DNA of 64,000 bases from Spirochaetia bacterium (GTDB lineage: Bacteria; Spirochaetota; Spirochaetia; UBA9216). Below are positions 9,211 to 18,623 of this stretch, one piece after another. A model generated the notes under the pieces. The model was not told the DNA's origin and searched no databases. It saw only the letters and a program-made list of their open reading frames with translations. Made by a program: the position numbers and the translations under genes. The DNA lies in assembly GCA_965140585.1 (NCBI GenBank), contig OZ223264.1, forward strand, positions 32,001-96,000, in the 5' to 3' direction. Every line of letters starts with the position of its first letter. Position 1 is the first letter of the stretch.

Positions 9211-10848
9211 GTGTTTATGAGCGGGGGAAATTATGTAATAGTCAGCAGAGCGCCGGATCTGGATTACAAAACCGATTATGTAGTCCTTCCAAAAAATTAT
9301 GGAAGCCGGCAGTATTATCAGAGGAAGGATGTAAGTGCAATAATTGATACTGTTGAATCAAATCTTAATGCGCTCAATGAAAAAACTGATTTTGTAAAAA
9401 AAATTCAGGGTCGAAGGGTTATTATCAAGCCGAATTTTGTCGGGGTCTTTCACAAGGTCGGACTGAAGGTTGACGATGTTCCTCAGTCTACAGATCCGCG
9501 GGTTATAGATGCGGTTGTAAAGTATATGAAAAAATATACTGATGATATTATTATAATAGAAGGTTCAGGTGCTCCTGTTTCACGTCTGATGGCTAAAATA
9601 AACGGAACAGACCGTATTGTTAAACGCTACAATATTGAGTTCCAGGCTGTCGAGGAGCTTCCTGTTGATAAATACCTTCTTCCGAAGGCACAGGTAATGA
9701 AGGAAGTATATATTCCCAGGACTTTCAGTGAGATTGTCAGAGGGGAAGCTTTCTACATTTCTCTACCCAAGATGAAAACAAATGCCTATACCGGAGTGAC
9801 CCTCGGGTTTAAAAACGCCATGGGCTGTCTTTCACCGCATATGCGGTATCGAAACCACAATTACAATATTGATAAGAAACTTGTGGATCTTCTCTGGCTT
9901 TTTAAACCGGACCTGACAATTATTGATGGAATTATTGGTGCCGAGGGGAATGTTCCCGGGCCGGTAGATCCGGTGGATGCCCGTCTGATAATTAGCGGTA
10001 CCAACAGCGTCGAAACCGACAGGGTTGCTACAAGGATAATGGGACATGACCCGTCAAAGATCAGACTGATGCAGGAGGCTGACAAACTCGGGTTTAACGA
10101 CCCTGACACTGTTGTTATCGGTGAGCCGGAACCCATTCCCTGGAGGCATGCCGATACAAGTCTTGTTTCAGGCAGGATTGCGGAAAAATTTCCTAATGTC
10201 AGGTTTCTTGTAGGAGCAACAAAGAATACCGCTCCTGAGATTGACAGTATCGATGTTGATATTGAAACTGTGAAGGCTATGGAACAGGCCTGTCCCGGAG
10301 GATGTCTGCCTTCGGTGATTTATAATATGGAGAATTTTCTCTATTACCGCAATCTCAATCCGGAAGATGTAAGGATGACTGTTGTAATCGGAGCCGGTGC
10401 CCTTGTCGACGGCCGCAGGTTCTATTTTGATAAAGACTGTAGGGCGTACTCCGATGAGGATATAAAAGCCCTGGAGGAGCCAGTAGTTGCTGTGGGTTCA
10501 TGTACAAGCCGTCTGAATGGATCTGCAGATTACCAGGTTGAAGGTTGTACCGCCAAGGTCTCAAGAGTTACAGAGGTATTCAATAAAGCAGCAGGCCTGC
10601 CTAATCCGATAACAAGAAGTCTGCTGTCAAATCCTTTAAACATCCCTGTGATTCTTAAGTCTCAGCGGAATCGTAAGAAACTGGCTCTGGCAGGGCATCC
10701 CATGGATGTTGAACTGTGTATTGAGGACAGGGTTTTTGAAGGACGGGCGATTACTGACGATGAAAAAAAGATGGATTATATCCGCTGTGAAATAGAGCCG
10801 CTTACAAAAGAACAGATTAAAAGGCAGTTAAGCTATATAAAACTATAG
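9211..10848 (+). CDS. DUF362 domain protein with Cys-containing C-terminal extension
   Basis: VIIKPN, STDPRV, SLPKMKT..TGVTLGFKN, TIIDGI..EG.GP; later CPGGC, VGSC, EGC. Confidence 0.8.
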   Translation: MFMSGGNYVIVSRAPDLDYKTDYVVLPKNYGSRQYYQRKDVSAIIDTVESNLNALNEKTDFVKKIQGRRVIIKPNFVGVFHKVGLKVDDVPQSTDPRVIDAVVKYMKKYTDDIIIIEGSGAPVSRLMAKINGTDRIVKRYNIEFQAVEELPVDKYLLPKAQVMKEVYIPRTFSEIVRGEAFYISLPKMKTNAYTGVTLGFKNAMGCLSPHMRYRNHNYNIDKKLVDLLWLFKPDLTIIDGIIGAEGNVPGPVDPVDARLIISGTNSVETDRVATRIMGHDPSKIRLMQEADKLGFNDPDTVVIGEPEPIPWRHADTSLVSGRIAEKFPNVRFLVGATKNTAPEIDSIDVDIETVKAMEQACPGGCLPSVIYNMENFLYYRNLNPEDVRMTVVIGAGALVDGRRFYFDKDCRAYSDEDIKALEEPVVAVGSCTSRLNGSADYQVEGCTAKVSRVTEVFNKAAGLPNPITRSLLSNPLNIPVILKSQRNRKKLALAGHPMDVELCIEDRVFEGRAITDDEKKMDYIRCEIEPLTKEQIKRQLSYIKL

Positions 10849-10861
10849 AAGAGGGTGTATT

Positions 10862-11134
10862 ATGAATAATCAGTCAGTGAAATATGCATCGGTAATTCTT
10901 ATCTGGGCGGCAGCGCTGCTTCTGTGGATTATCAAAGGGTGGTGGTTTATAACTGCGGCTCTGTTTCTGCTGCATTTTTTTGAAACAGTGTTTACAGGAA
11001 TCAGGACAGGAAAAGAACATGGTCTGAGTCGGGGGTATTCGATTATTATGTCAATGGCCTTCGGTATTGTCTGGTGGAAACCTCTAAATGATGAGTATAA
11101 AAAGAAAAACATTCCGGAGGACTGCGAAGAGTGA
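10862..11134 (+). CDS. Small membrane protein
   Basis: Hydrophobic segments, LHFFE motif, GAGG RBS, overlaps the AOR start. Confidence 0.65.
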   Translation: MNNQSVKYASVILIWAAALLLWIIKGWWFITAALFLLHFFETVFTGIRTGKEHGLSRGYSIIMSMAFGIVWWKPLNDEYKKKNIPEDCEE

Positions 11135-13131
11135 AAGGTTATATAGGAAAAATTCTGGTTGCTGATCTCGGATCAGGTAAATGTGAAATTGAAGCTGTTC
11201 CCGAGAAGGTATATGAAGAGGTTCTCTCGGGAGTAGGCCTTGGTGCCTGGTACCTCTGCAGGAATATTCCGGCCGGTGCAGATCCGCTTGGTCCGCTAAA
11301 TATTCTAGGATTTACATCCGGTCTTCTTACGGGAACAGGCTCTGTCATGACCGGCAGGTGGATGGCAGTCTGCAAATCACCGCTTACCGGTGGATGGGGA
11401 GATTCCAATTGCGGCGGAAATCTGGCACCGGCAATCAAGCAGTGCGGTGTTGATGCAATATTTATCAAGGGGCAGGCGGCCGAACCCGTTTACCTGTATA
11501 TGGATAACCGGGGAGCGGAGATCCGCCCGGCTGCAGACTTTTGGGGGCTTGATGCAATCGAAGCCGAAGAGCGGCTGATAAAGGAAAACTGGAAAAAGAA
11601 GAAGCCGGCTGCTGCCGTAATCGGACCATCTGCTGAAAAGCTGTCGCTGATATCCGGCATATCCAATGACCTTGGTCGGTATGCCGCGCGTTCGGGCGTC
11701 GGTGCTGTAATGGGTTCAAAGAAACTTAAGGCGGTGGTTCTTGCCGGAACCAAGCAGGTTAAGGCAGATAATCCGGAAAAGATTAAGGAACTGAGTAAGG
11801 AGTATTCCCGGAAGGTAAGAAAGATGAACGCGCCCAGCGTATTCACCGGTGCCCTGCTTCCTGTGCTTGGAAAGGTAATGGGCAGCCTGAAAAGTGTTGC
11901 GCCTCTGGATGGAATGCTAACCGCAATGCTTCTTAGAAAATGGGGTACGGTGATGAACAATACACTGGCCGTCATGAATGGTGATGCCCCGATTAAGAAC
12001 TGGTCCGGTTCGGAAAAAGATTATAATTTTAAATACTACAGACAGATCAATCCCGATAAGTTCATTGCCCGTGAGCAGACCAAATATCACTGCTATTCCT
12101 GCATAATCGGCTGCGGGGGAATGTGTTCAATAAAGGATATCAGGGACGGAAAATATTCCCATACCCATAAACCCGAGTATGAAACGGCAATGATGTTCGG
12201 CGGTCTTCTGATGAATAAGGACCGTGATGCAATCTTTTATGCAAACGAACTCTGCAACCGCTACGGTCTTGATACCATTTCAGCGGGAACTGTAATAGCA
12301 TTTGCAATTGAATGTTACGAGAACGGGATTCTCACGGATGAGGATACATACGGTCTGAAACTTAACTGGGGCAGCAGCGATGCCGTCATAAGTCTTCTTG
12401 AAAAAATTGCAAACCGCGAGCCGGGTCTTGGTGATATCCTTGCCGACGGTGTCAAAGCCGCAGCTGAAAAGATAGGTAAGGGTTCTGAAAAATATGCTGT
12501 TCATGCCGGCGGGCAGGAGCTTCCGGCACATGACCCGAAGATTGATCCGATGCTTGCCCAGACCTATGGAATAGATCCGACTCCGGGCCGGCATACTACC
12601 AGCAGCGGCTTGTACTATACTTCCTCATTTCTGTGGCAGTATGTTTCATGGCTTCCCTCATTCAGGCTGTATTCTAAAAGTAAGGAATACATCCCTTCTA
12701 TGGAAGAAACAATGAAAAATGTGGCTTATACATCGTTTAAGATGCTGATCGATGGAACCGGCAGCTGCTATTACGCTATGCTGATGGGTGTCAGGTATTT
12801 CAGAATTTTTGATTTCCTGAATGCTGCAACCGGATGGAACAAGACTCCCGATGAATATATGGAAATAGGAAAGCGGATGCAGAATCTGCGTCAGCTGTTT
12901 AATGCAATACATTCTGTGGATGTTAACAGCTTTAAGCCCCATGCAAGAGTTTACGGGGCGGAGCCTCTTGTAAGCGGACATAATAAAAATATTACGGTTG
13001 ATATTGACGGGATGATTGAACTGTATAAGGAAGCCTGGGGCTGGGATGCTGAAAGCGGATACCCCACTGAAGAAACCGTTAACAAATACGGACTTGAACA
13101 GCTGCTTGATAAGGAGGACCTGTATGCCTGA
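11131..13131 (+). CDS. aor: Aldehyde:ferredoxin oxidoreductase family (tungstopterin) enzyme
   Basis: KSPLTG.WGDSNCGG, AARSGVGAVMGSKKLKA, C..C...C, EYET, GLDTIS, HDP. Confidence 0.92.
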   Translation: MKGYIGKILVADLGSGKCEIEAVPEKVYEEVLSGVGLGAWYLCRNIPAGADPLGPLNILGFTSGLLTGTGSVMTGRWMAVCKSPLTGGWGDSNCGGNLAPAIKQCGVDAIFIKGQAAEPVYLYMDNRGAEIRPAADFWGLDAIEAEERLIKENWKKKKPAAAVIGPSAEKLSLISGISNDLGRYAARSGVGAVMGSKKLKAVVLAGTKQVKADNPEKIKELSKEYSRKVRKMNAPSVFTGALLPVLGKVMGSLKSVAPLDGMLTAMLLRKWGTVMNNTLAVMNGDAPIKNWSGSEKDYNFKYYRQINPDKFIAREQTKYHCYSCIIGCGGMCSIKDIRDGKYSHTHKPEYETAMMFGGLLMNKDRDAIFYANELCNRYGLDTISAGTVIAFAIECYENGILTDEDTYGLKLNWGSSDAVISLLEKIANREPGLGDILADGVKAAAEKIGKGSEKYAVHAGGQELPAHDPKIDPMLAQTYGIDPTPGRHTTSSGLYYTSSFLWQYVSWLPSFRLYSKSKEYIPSMEETMKNVAYTSFKMLIDGTGSCYYAMLMGVRYFRIFDFLNAATGWNKTPDEYMEIGKRMQNLRQLFNAIHSVDVNSFKPHARVYGAEPLVSGHNKNITVDIDGMIELYKEAWGWDAESGYPTEETVNKYGLEQLLDKEDLYA

Positions 13132-13336
13132 CAAAAAAATCCCGGAAGTCGACTATAAACACTGCATGGCCTGCCGGGTCTGTATTATCGCCTGCCCATT
13201 CAGTTGCCTTGATGCGGTTAAAACCGATAATCCGGGAAAGAAGGGTTTTCCGGAACTTGTAAAAGCTGAAAGCTGTACAGGCTGCGGAATATGCGCGCAG
13301 GCCTGTCCTGTTGAAGTAATAAGGATGGTTTCCTGA
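13124..13336 (+). CDS. 2x[4Fe-4S] ferredoxin
   Basis: Two CxxCxxCxxxCP motifs; start reassigned to ATG 13124 after AGGAGG. Confidence 0.9.
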   Translation: MPDKKIPEVDYKHCMACRVCIIACPFSCLDAVKTDNPGKKGFPELVKAESCTGCGICAQACPVEVIRMVS

Positions 13337-13339
13337 GAA

Positions 13340-13573
13340 GTGAAGGTTAGAATTACTGCTCCGGCATTCTGCGACTACAGCCGGATTGATGATTCCGGCT
13401 GCATCGAACTGCCGGAAAAATCCCGGCTTAACAAGCTGTATTCAATGCTTAAAATCCCGCTTCCGGTAAGGCCTCTTTTAATAACCATGGTGAATTTCGA
13501 AAAAGCCCGTCCGACTAAAATTCTTTCCGATGGAGACGATGTCAGCATCCTCTGGTTTATGTCAGGCGGATGA
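13340..13573 (+). CDS. MoaD/ThiS family sulfur carrier
   Basis: 77 aa ending in MSGG; usual AOR neighbour. Confidence 0.85.
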   Translation: MKVRITAPAFCDYSRIDDSGCIELPEKSRLNKLYSMLKIPLPVRPLLITMVNFEKARPTKILSDGDDVSILWFMSGG

Positions 13574-13676
13574 TCGTCTCTGCATTGACTCTTTTGCGGT
13601 ATTAATTCATTCTTAAACAAGAATAAAAAGTATAAGAGGCTGAATCGGTTCAGCTTCGCGTAAAGGAGTCTCTTCA

Positions 13677-13919
13677 ATGGCAAAAATAATCGAGTTTAAA
13701 AAACCTGAGCAGGAAAAGGGTAAATCATGTTCCTGGTGCAAGAACCGGGGAACTCATCCGCTTGACCCTCCTTGTGATAGATGCAGATGGTATGATCGTG
13801 ATGAAGTCTTTGATCTTGAAGTTGCCGGTGAAGGCGTTGTTAAAGTCAGAAAAGAGGTAGACCCCGAGACCTTCGAAATACGCTTCATCCCCGCGGAAGA
13901 AACTGATATAGATATCTGA
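13677..13919 (+). CDS. Small hypothetical protein with CxxC...CxxC
   Basis: AAGGAG RBS; CSWC-x11-CDRC; acidic tail. Confidence 0.65.
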   Translation: MAKIIEFKKPEQEKGKSCSWCKNRGTHPLDPPCDRCRWYDRDEVFDLEVAGEGVVKVRKEVDPETFEIRFIPAEETDIDI

Positions 13920-13967
13920 GCTTCCTGCAAAACTTTCATAGTTTTGAAATTGTCTTATCTGATCAAA
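13919..13967. repeat. Dispersed 49-bp intergenic element, copy 2
   Basis: AGCTTCCTGCAAAAC-N7-GTTTTGAAATTGtCTTAtcTgATCAAA. Confidence 0.75.
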
Positions 13968-14011
13968 CTCTCCGGTTGACTGTCGGATCGTCGGACGGGT
14001 ATACTTACAGA

Positions 14012-14641
14012 ATGATAGACATTTTTCTGAAAGGCGGCGTACTGATGTGGCCGCTTCTTGTAATTTCAGTTATAGCTCTTGCTGTAATTCTTGAGCGTGA
14101 ATATTTCTTTTTTAAAAACCGGGTCAGTGAATCCCAGCTTAACTCTTTAAAGGAGCTTCTTCTTGATGGAAGGGCTGATGAGGCAGAAACACAGACCGGG
14201 CGTTCCGGCCGTGTGCTTCTTGTTTTTCTTAACTCAGTAATTTCAAACCGTAGAAATTCCGTTGAGATTGCCGAAAGGGAAATTTCACTCTCCGGAGAAA
14301 AGATGCTTTTTCAGGCTTCAAGCTTTATTCATGTGCTTGAGCTTATCGGCAGTATTTCTCCCATGATTGGACTTTCAGGTACTGTTGTGGGAATGGTCAG
14401 GGCCTTCCAGCAGATCGGTTTGAATACAGGGTCCCAGATTGACCCATCGCTTCTTGCCGACGGAATATGGGTAGCCATGATAACAACTGTGGCAGGACTA
14501 TTTGTGGCAATTCCCAGTTTCATCTTTGCCCATATAAATAACAGGCGCCTTAGAAAGCTTGAGTTCAATATGAAAATTTATGGAGAAGAGTTTCATTCGA
14601 TTTTGCGTGCAGATGAAAAAAAGGCTGTATTGAATGATTGA
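14012..14641 (+). CDS. exbB: MotA/TolQ/ExbB proton channel
   Basis: GG.LMWPL, SPMIGLSGTVVGMVRAF, GIWVAMITTVAGL; ATG 14012 preferred as start. Confidence 0.88.
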   Translation: MIDIFLKGGVLMWPLLVISVIALAVILEREYFFFKNRVSESQLNSLKELLLDGRADEAETQTGRSGRVLLVFLNSVISNRRNSVEIAEREISLSGEKMLFQASSFIHVLELIGSISPMIGLSGTVVGMVRAFQQIGLNTGSQIDPSLLADGIWVAMITTVAGLFVAIPSFIFAHINNRRLRKLEFNMKIYGEEFHSILRADEKKAVLND

Positions 14642-15050
14642 ATTCAGAGAATTTGATGAATCGTGGAAGTCCCGTACAAGGTTTGAGATGACCCCGATGA
14701 TCGATATGATCTTTCTTCTGCTGATATTTTTTCTCCTGACATCAACTCTCACCAATCCGGTCATTACTGTTGAACTTCCTGAATCTGAAATTGTCGATAC
14801 CAGAATAGAGCAGGATGTTGTGGTTACAGTTGACAGTGAAGGCAGGCTTTTTCTGGATGAGCAGGAGTACAGTAAAGCAGCGCTTGCCGCTGAAATCAAT
14901 TCAATATATCTTGGCCGTGACTCATCGGATATTTTTATCCAGGCTGATGAAAATGTTGACTTTGGAATTATTGTTGAGGTAATGGACATCTGCAGAAAGA
15001 ACGGAGCCTTCGATCTTTCTTTCATTGTAGAAGGAAAGGCTTCTCCCTGA
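14634..15050 (+). CDS. exbD: ExbD/TolR
   Basis: MTPMIDMIFLLLIFF, IQAD. Confidence 0.9.
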   Translation: MIEFREFDESWKSRTRFEMTPMIDMIFLLLIFFLLTSTLTNPVITVELPESEIVDTRIEQDVVVTVDSEGRLFLDEQEYSKAALAAEINSIYLGRDSSDIFIQADENVDFGIIVEVMDICRKNGAFDLSFIVEGKASP

Positions 15051-15054
15051 AGAA

Positions 15055-15780
15055 ATGAAATCTTCCAGAATTATTCTATTATTTGCTGCAGTCTCAATTG
15101 TAATACACGGACTGGTTTTTCTTGTTAAGATTAGTCCGTCGGAAAGATCTCCAGTGCCGGACTCCGGACATCTGATCCCGGTTGAACTTGCATTTGTTCC
15201 GAAGCAGGCATTGCCTGTACAGGCAGCGCCTCCGGTGACACAAGCTGAGGAACCTCCGGCTGAACCGCCGTCAGCTTCAGAGAAACCAGTGCCTAAAGAG
15301 CCGGTCCGGGAAACTCCGCAACCGGAGCCGGTTAAACAGGAGTCTCAGGAAATGGACCGGGATACGGCTCCGCATCCGGAACAGGAGACGCAGGAATCTT
15401 CCTCTCAACAGCAGGACAGTAGTGATGTTTCTCAGAATTCTGATTCCACTGAAACCCGGGACTCTGCGACTGTCTCAGTCGCTGCGCCGGTGACTCAGGC
15501 AAACCCTGTTGACGGTCTTATGCAGCGTGTTGAAATAAATAAAAGAGGCAGCTATCCTCTTCGTGCAAGGAAGCGGGGCCAGCAGGGGACTGTTATAGTC
15601 TCGCTGATTCTGGATAAGGATGGAAATATGCTCAATGTTGAGATTATCAGAAAATCCAGACACTCTGCACTTAACACTGCGGCGCTTGAGCTGGTTGAAA
15701 AGATTATGGAAACACCTTATCCGCATGGTCTAGATAAAACGGTGAATTTTGAGTTTCCTATTACATTCAGACTTGATTAG
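15055..15780 (+). CDS. tonB: TonB energy transducer
   Basis: N-terminal TM with His, Pro/Glu-rich linker, YPLRARKRGQQGTV C-domain. Confidence 0.85.
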   Translation: MKSSRIILLFAAVSIVIHGLVFLVKISPSERSPVPDSGHLIPVELAFVPKQALPVQAAPPVTQAEEPPAEPPSASEKPVPKEPVRETPQPEPVKQESQEMDRDTAPHPEQETQESSSQQQDSSDVSQNSDSTETRDSATVSVAAPVTQANPVDGLMQRVEINKRGSYPLRARKRGQQGTVIVSLILDKDGNMLNVEIIRKSRHSALNTAALELVEKIMETPYPHGLDKTVNFEFPITFRLD

Positions 15781-16522
15781 TATAAAGGGGAAATTTGATA
15801 TTGAAGGATGTTCCTGAATTGCCCGAATGATCTATTTCTCCACTCAGGCTGGTAACTGTTTCACGAATAATTTTCATCCCCAGACTTGAGCCGGTCTCAA
15901 TATTAAAATCTTCGTTTAAAACTATTCCTGTGTCGAAATCCTGAAAAACTGTAGGGCTGTATCCGTGTTCTGATGCTGTTTTCAGTAGTTTCTCAAGATA
16001 TGCTTCTGTAGTTTTTACCTGTCCGTCGACTACATAGATATTCTCTGTCTTCGGTTTCTGTTTCAAAGCCATTGCAAATGTATTATTAACAGAAGACAGA
16101 TCATTATTGGGAAGCAGAATTATATCCTCACCCATCGCGATAGTTTCGCCCGGGTCGATAAGTATTTTTGGAATCCCTGGGAAGTAGTTGCTTATTTTCT
16201 GAAAAATCTCAGTTGCAGGATCAGCATCGATCATAATTGCGTCTATTTTTGCATTCTTGTATTTGATACTCAGATACCAGTCCCGTTCGTCTATAGTAAG
16301 GCTGCTGGACAGTCTCATATCGTCCAGGTATTCATTATACAGAATAACGGGTTTACCGTACTCGGATATCATTTCACTGATACCATTCTGGACGGCGGTA
16401 CTCCATGGAAGTTCTGCTGCATATGATGATAAAAAAAGTAACTTTAAATTGTTCTCCGATGCAGAAACCGGTTGAAAAACTAGGATGCTCAAAATAAATG
16501 CAAGTAAGAATTTCCTGGGCAT
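15767..16522 (-). pseudogene. Sensor histidine kinase with a large in-frame internal deletion
   Basis: Signal peptide and half of a periplasmic sensor joined directly to a HATPase tail (DTG...SSLGMKII..L.GEI..GTSFNIKFP); no TM, H-box or N-box. Confidence 0.65.
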
Positions 16523-16642
16523 CTCAGTATTATATTACGAATATATAGGATCACAAAATTATATTTGTGTTTTTGTAATATAAATATCTAAAAATTTGAC
16601 TTGCGATTTTAAAGATCCTATTAATTCAATAGGAGTAAATGG

Positions 16643-18568
16643 ATGATAATATCAAGGCTCAAGATAGGCCAGAAAATCAGTATAATAATGTCGATCACGG
16701 TAATTATTTCTCTTTCTGTTTTTTATATATACATAAGAAATACGACTTTAAACCTCGCAAATAATGACGCAGGAGTGATCGCCAATGAATATGCACAGCA
16801 TTACGGGCGGACCGTTCAGGAAATTTTCTCTACAGTATTAAGTGAGACCTCCGCAGCTGCAGATGCCATGCTTGCACTGATTGAATCGGGGGAACCTTCA
16901 AGAGAAACTGCAACCGCCATCCTTAAGCAGTGGTATGAGAGGGGCCGGGTAGAAAGCCGGATTTATGATACCTGGATAACCTTTGAACCGGGAGCCTTTG
17001 ACGACAGAGACAGCGAATACATGGGCACGGAACGATATGGGGAAGGTGGACAGTACAGTGCCTGGGTACTTGGTGAAGAAGTTTATGTAAATGTTCCGTC
17101 GGGTGACCCGGAGATGGATATCTGGTACACAGGGGCAAGGGAGAGAGGCCGGATAACAGTTTCGGATTTTTTTGAATTTGAATATCCGGACGGCATGCAG
17201 ACCGTTGTTGCAATTTCCAAACCCATAATTGATTCAAAAGGCAAACATCTTGGTGTCATCGGCTGTGATTTTGAGGTAGGATCCATTCATAAGGAAATAA
17301 GTCTTGTAAGAATTTATGAAAATGGATTTTTAACTCTGATCTCTGAAGGCGGGGGTATAATTTCAACAATGGATGAAAACGCCCTCGGGAAGGATATTGC
17401 TTCTTTCTCCTGGATGACTGCTGAACTTGAAGATAAGATAAAAAGCGGAGAGTCTTTTAATTTTGATTATTATTCAGTTTTCCTGCAGGAGGATATTTTT
17501 GCAGCTGTTGTCCCTGTCGAATTCGGTCATAGCGGTAATACCTGGTACATGATGGTTAATATTCCAAAGTCGGAAATTAATGCGGAATCAATTAAAATAA
17601 TGAGAAATATTCTGATTCTTGCTGTCATTATGATACTCCTTCTTATCTTTATCCTGACTTTGGTCTCCCGGAGCATCACTATTCCATTAAAGAAAGCTGT
17701 TAATTTCGCTAATGATATTTCAGAAGGTAATTTAAATGCACGCCTTGATCATAATAATAAGGATGAGATTGGAAGCCTTACAGATGCCCTGAATGACATG
17801 AAGGCAAATCTTGTCAGAATTATCACAAGCATAAAAGACAGTACAGAACAGTTTATTGCCGGAAGTTCGCAGCTGAATGAATCTGCTTTGCAGATCGCGG
17901 ATGGTGCAAATCAGCAGGCCGCCGGTGTTGAAGAAATTTCTGCAAGTATGGAAGAACTCAGTGCCAATATTCAGCAGAATGCTGATAATGCCGCCCATTC
18001 AAGCCGTCTTGCCGATGATGTCATAGTCTCCGCAGATAAGGGAGGTGAGGCTGTTCTTGAGACGGTTTCTGCAATCAAGGAGATAGCTGAAAAGATTGCA
18101 GTTATAGAAGAAATCGCCAGAAATACAAATCTTCTGGCTCTTAACGCTGCGATTGAGGCAGCCAGAGCCGGAGAATCGGGGAAGGGTTTTGCTGTGGTGG
18201 CAAATGAAGTTAAGAAGCTTGCTGAAAATAGTGCTGCTGCGGCTGCAGAAATAACAGGAATTACAGGTGTTAACGTCTCAAAGGCTGAGCATGCCGGAAA
18301 GATTATAAAGGAAATGGTTCCGCAGATAGGAAAGACTGCCGAGCTGATTCAGGAAATCTCCTCTGCAAGCCACGAACAGAGCTCCGGTTCCGGGCAGGTG
18401 AATGAATCCATCCTTCAGATGAATAATGTTGTTCAGGAAAATGTCAGTGTTTCTGAAAAGATGGCATCAATGGCTGAGGAACTTGATTCTCAGGCGCGTA
18501 CTTTACTTGAGCTTGTTTCCTTTTTTCAGCTTGAAGAAAACCGGCGGACACAGAAACTTCTTGAATAG
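16643..18568 (+). CDS. Methyl-accepting chemotaxis protein (dCache, HAMP, MA)
   Basis: Two TMs, Cache motifs, [30 protein letters not shown]. Confidence 0.95.
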   Translation: MIISRLKIGQKISIIMSITVIISLSVFYIYIRNTTLNLANNDAGVIANEYAQHYGRTVQEIFSTVLSETSAAADAMLALIESGEPSRETATAILKQWYERGRVESRIYDTWITFEPGAFDDRDSEYMGTERYGEGGQYSAWVLGEEVYVNVPSGDPEMDIWYTGARERGRITVSDFFEFEYPDGMQTVVAISKPIIDSKGKHLGVIGCDFEVGSIHKEISLVRIYENGFLTLISEGGGIISTMDENALGKDIASFSWMTAELEDKIKSGESFNFDYYSVFLQEDIFAAVVPVEFGHSGNTWYMMVNIPKSEINAESIKIMRNILILAVIMILLLIFILTLVSRSITIPLKKAVNFANDISEGNLNARLDHNNKDEIGSLTDALNDMKANLVRIITSIKDSTEQFIAGSSQLNESALQIADGANQQAAGVEEISASMEELSANIQQNADNAAHSSRLADDVIVSADKGGEAVLETVSAIKEIAEKIAVIEEIARNTNLLALNAAIEAARAGESGKGFAVVANEVKKLAENSAAAAAEITGITGVNVSKAEHAGKIIKEMVPQIGKTAELIQEISSASHEQSSGSGQVNESILQMNNVVQENVSVSEKMASMAEELDSQARTLLELVSFFQLEENRRTQKLLE

Positions 18569-18572
18569 CTGT

Positions 18573-18601
18573 AAAAAGCCGGCGTAATTACTGCCGGCTT
18601 T
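18573..18601. terminator. Bidirectional intrinsic terminator
   Basis: AAAAAGCCGGC-N9-GCCGGCTTTT between convergent genes. Confidence 0.8.
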
Positions 18602-18623
18602 ATGTAGATTTTTTGATTACCGT

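Noticed and set aside
15220-15480. Low-complexity Pro/Glu/Gln/Ser stretch
   Set aside because: Normal TonB periplasm-spanning linker
16560-16640. Sigma28 promoter before the MCP
   Set aside because: Match to TAAA-N15-GCCGATAA is too weak
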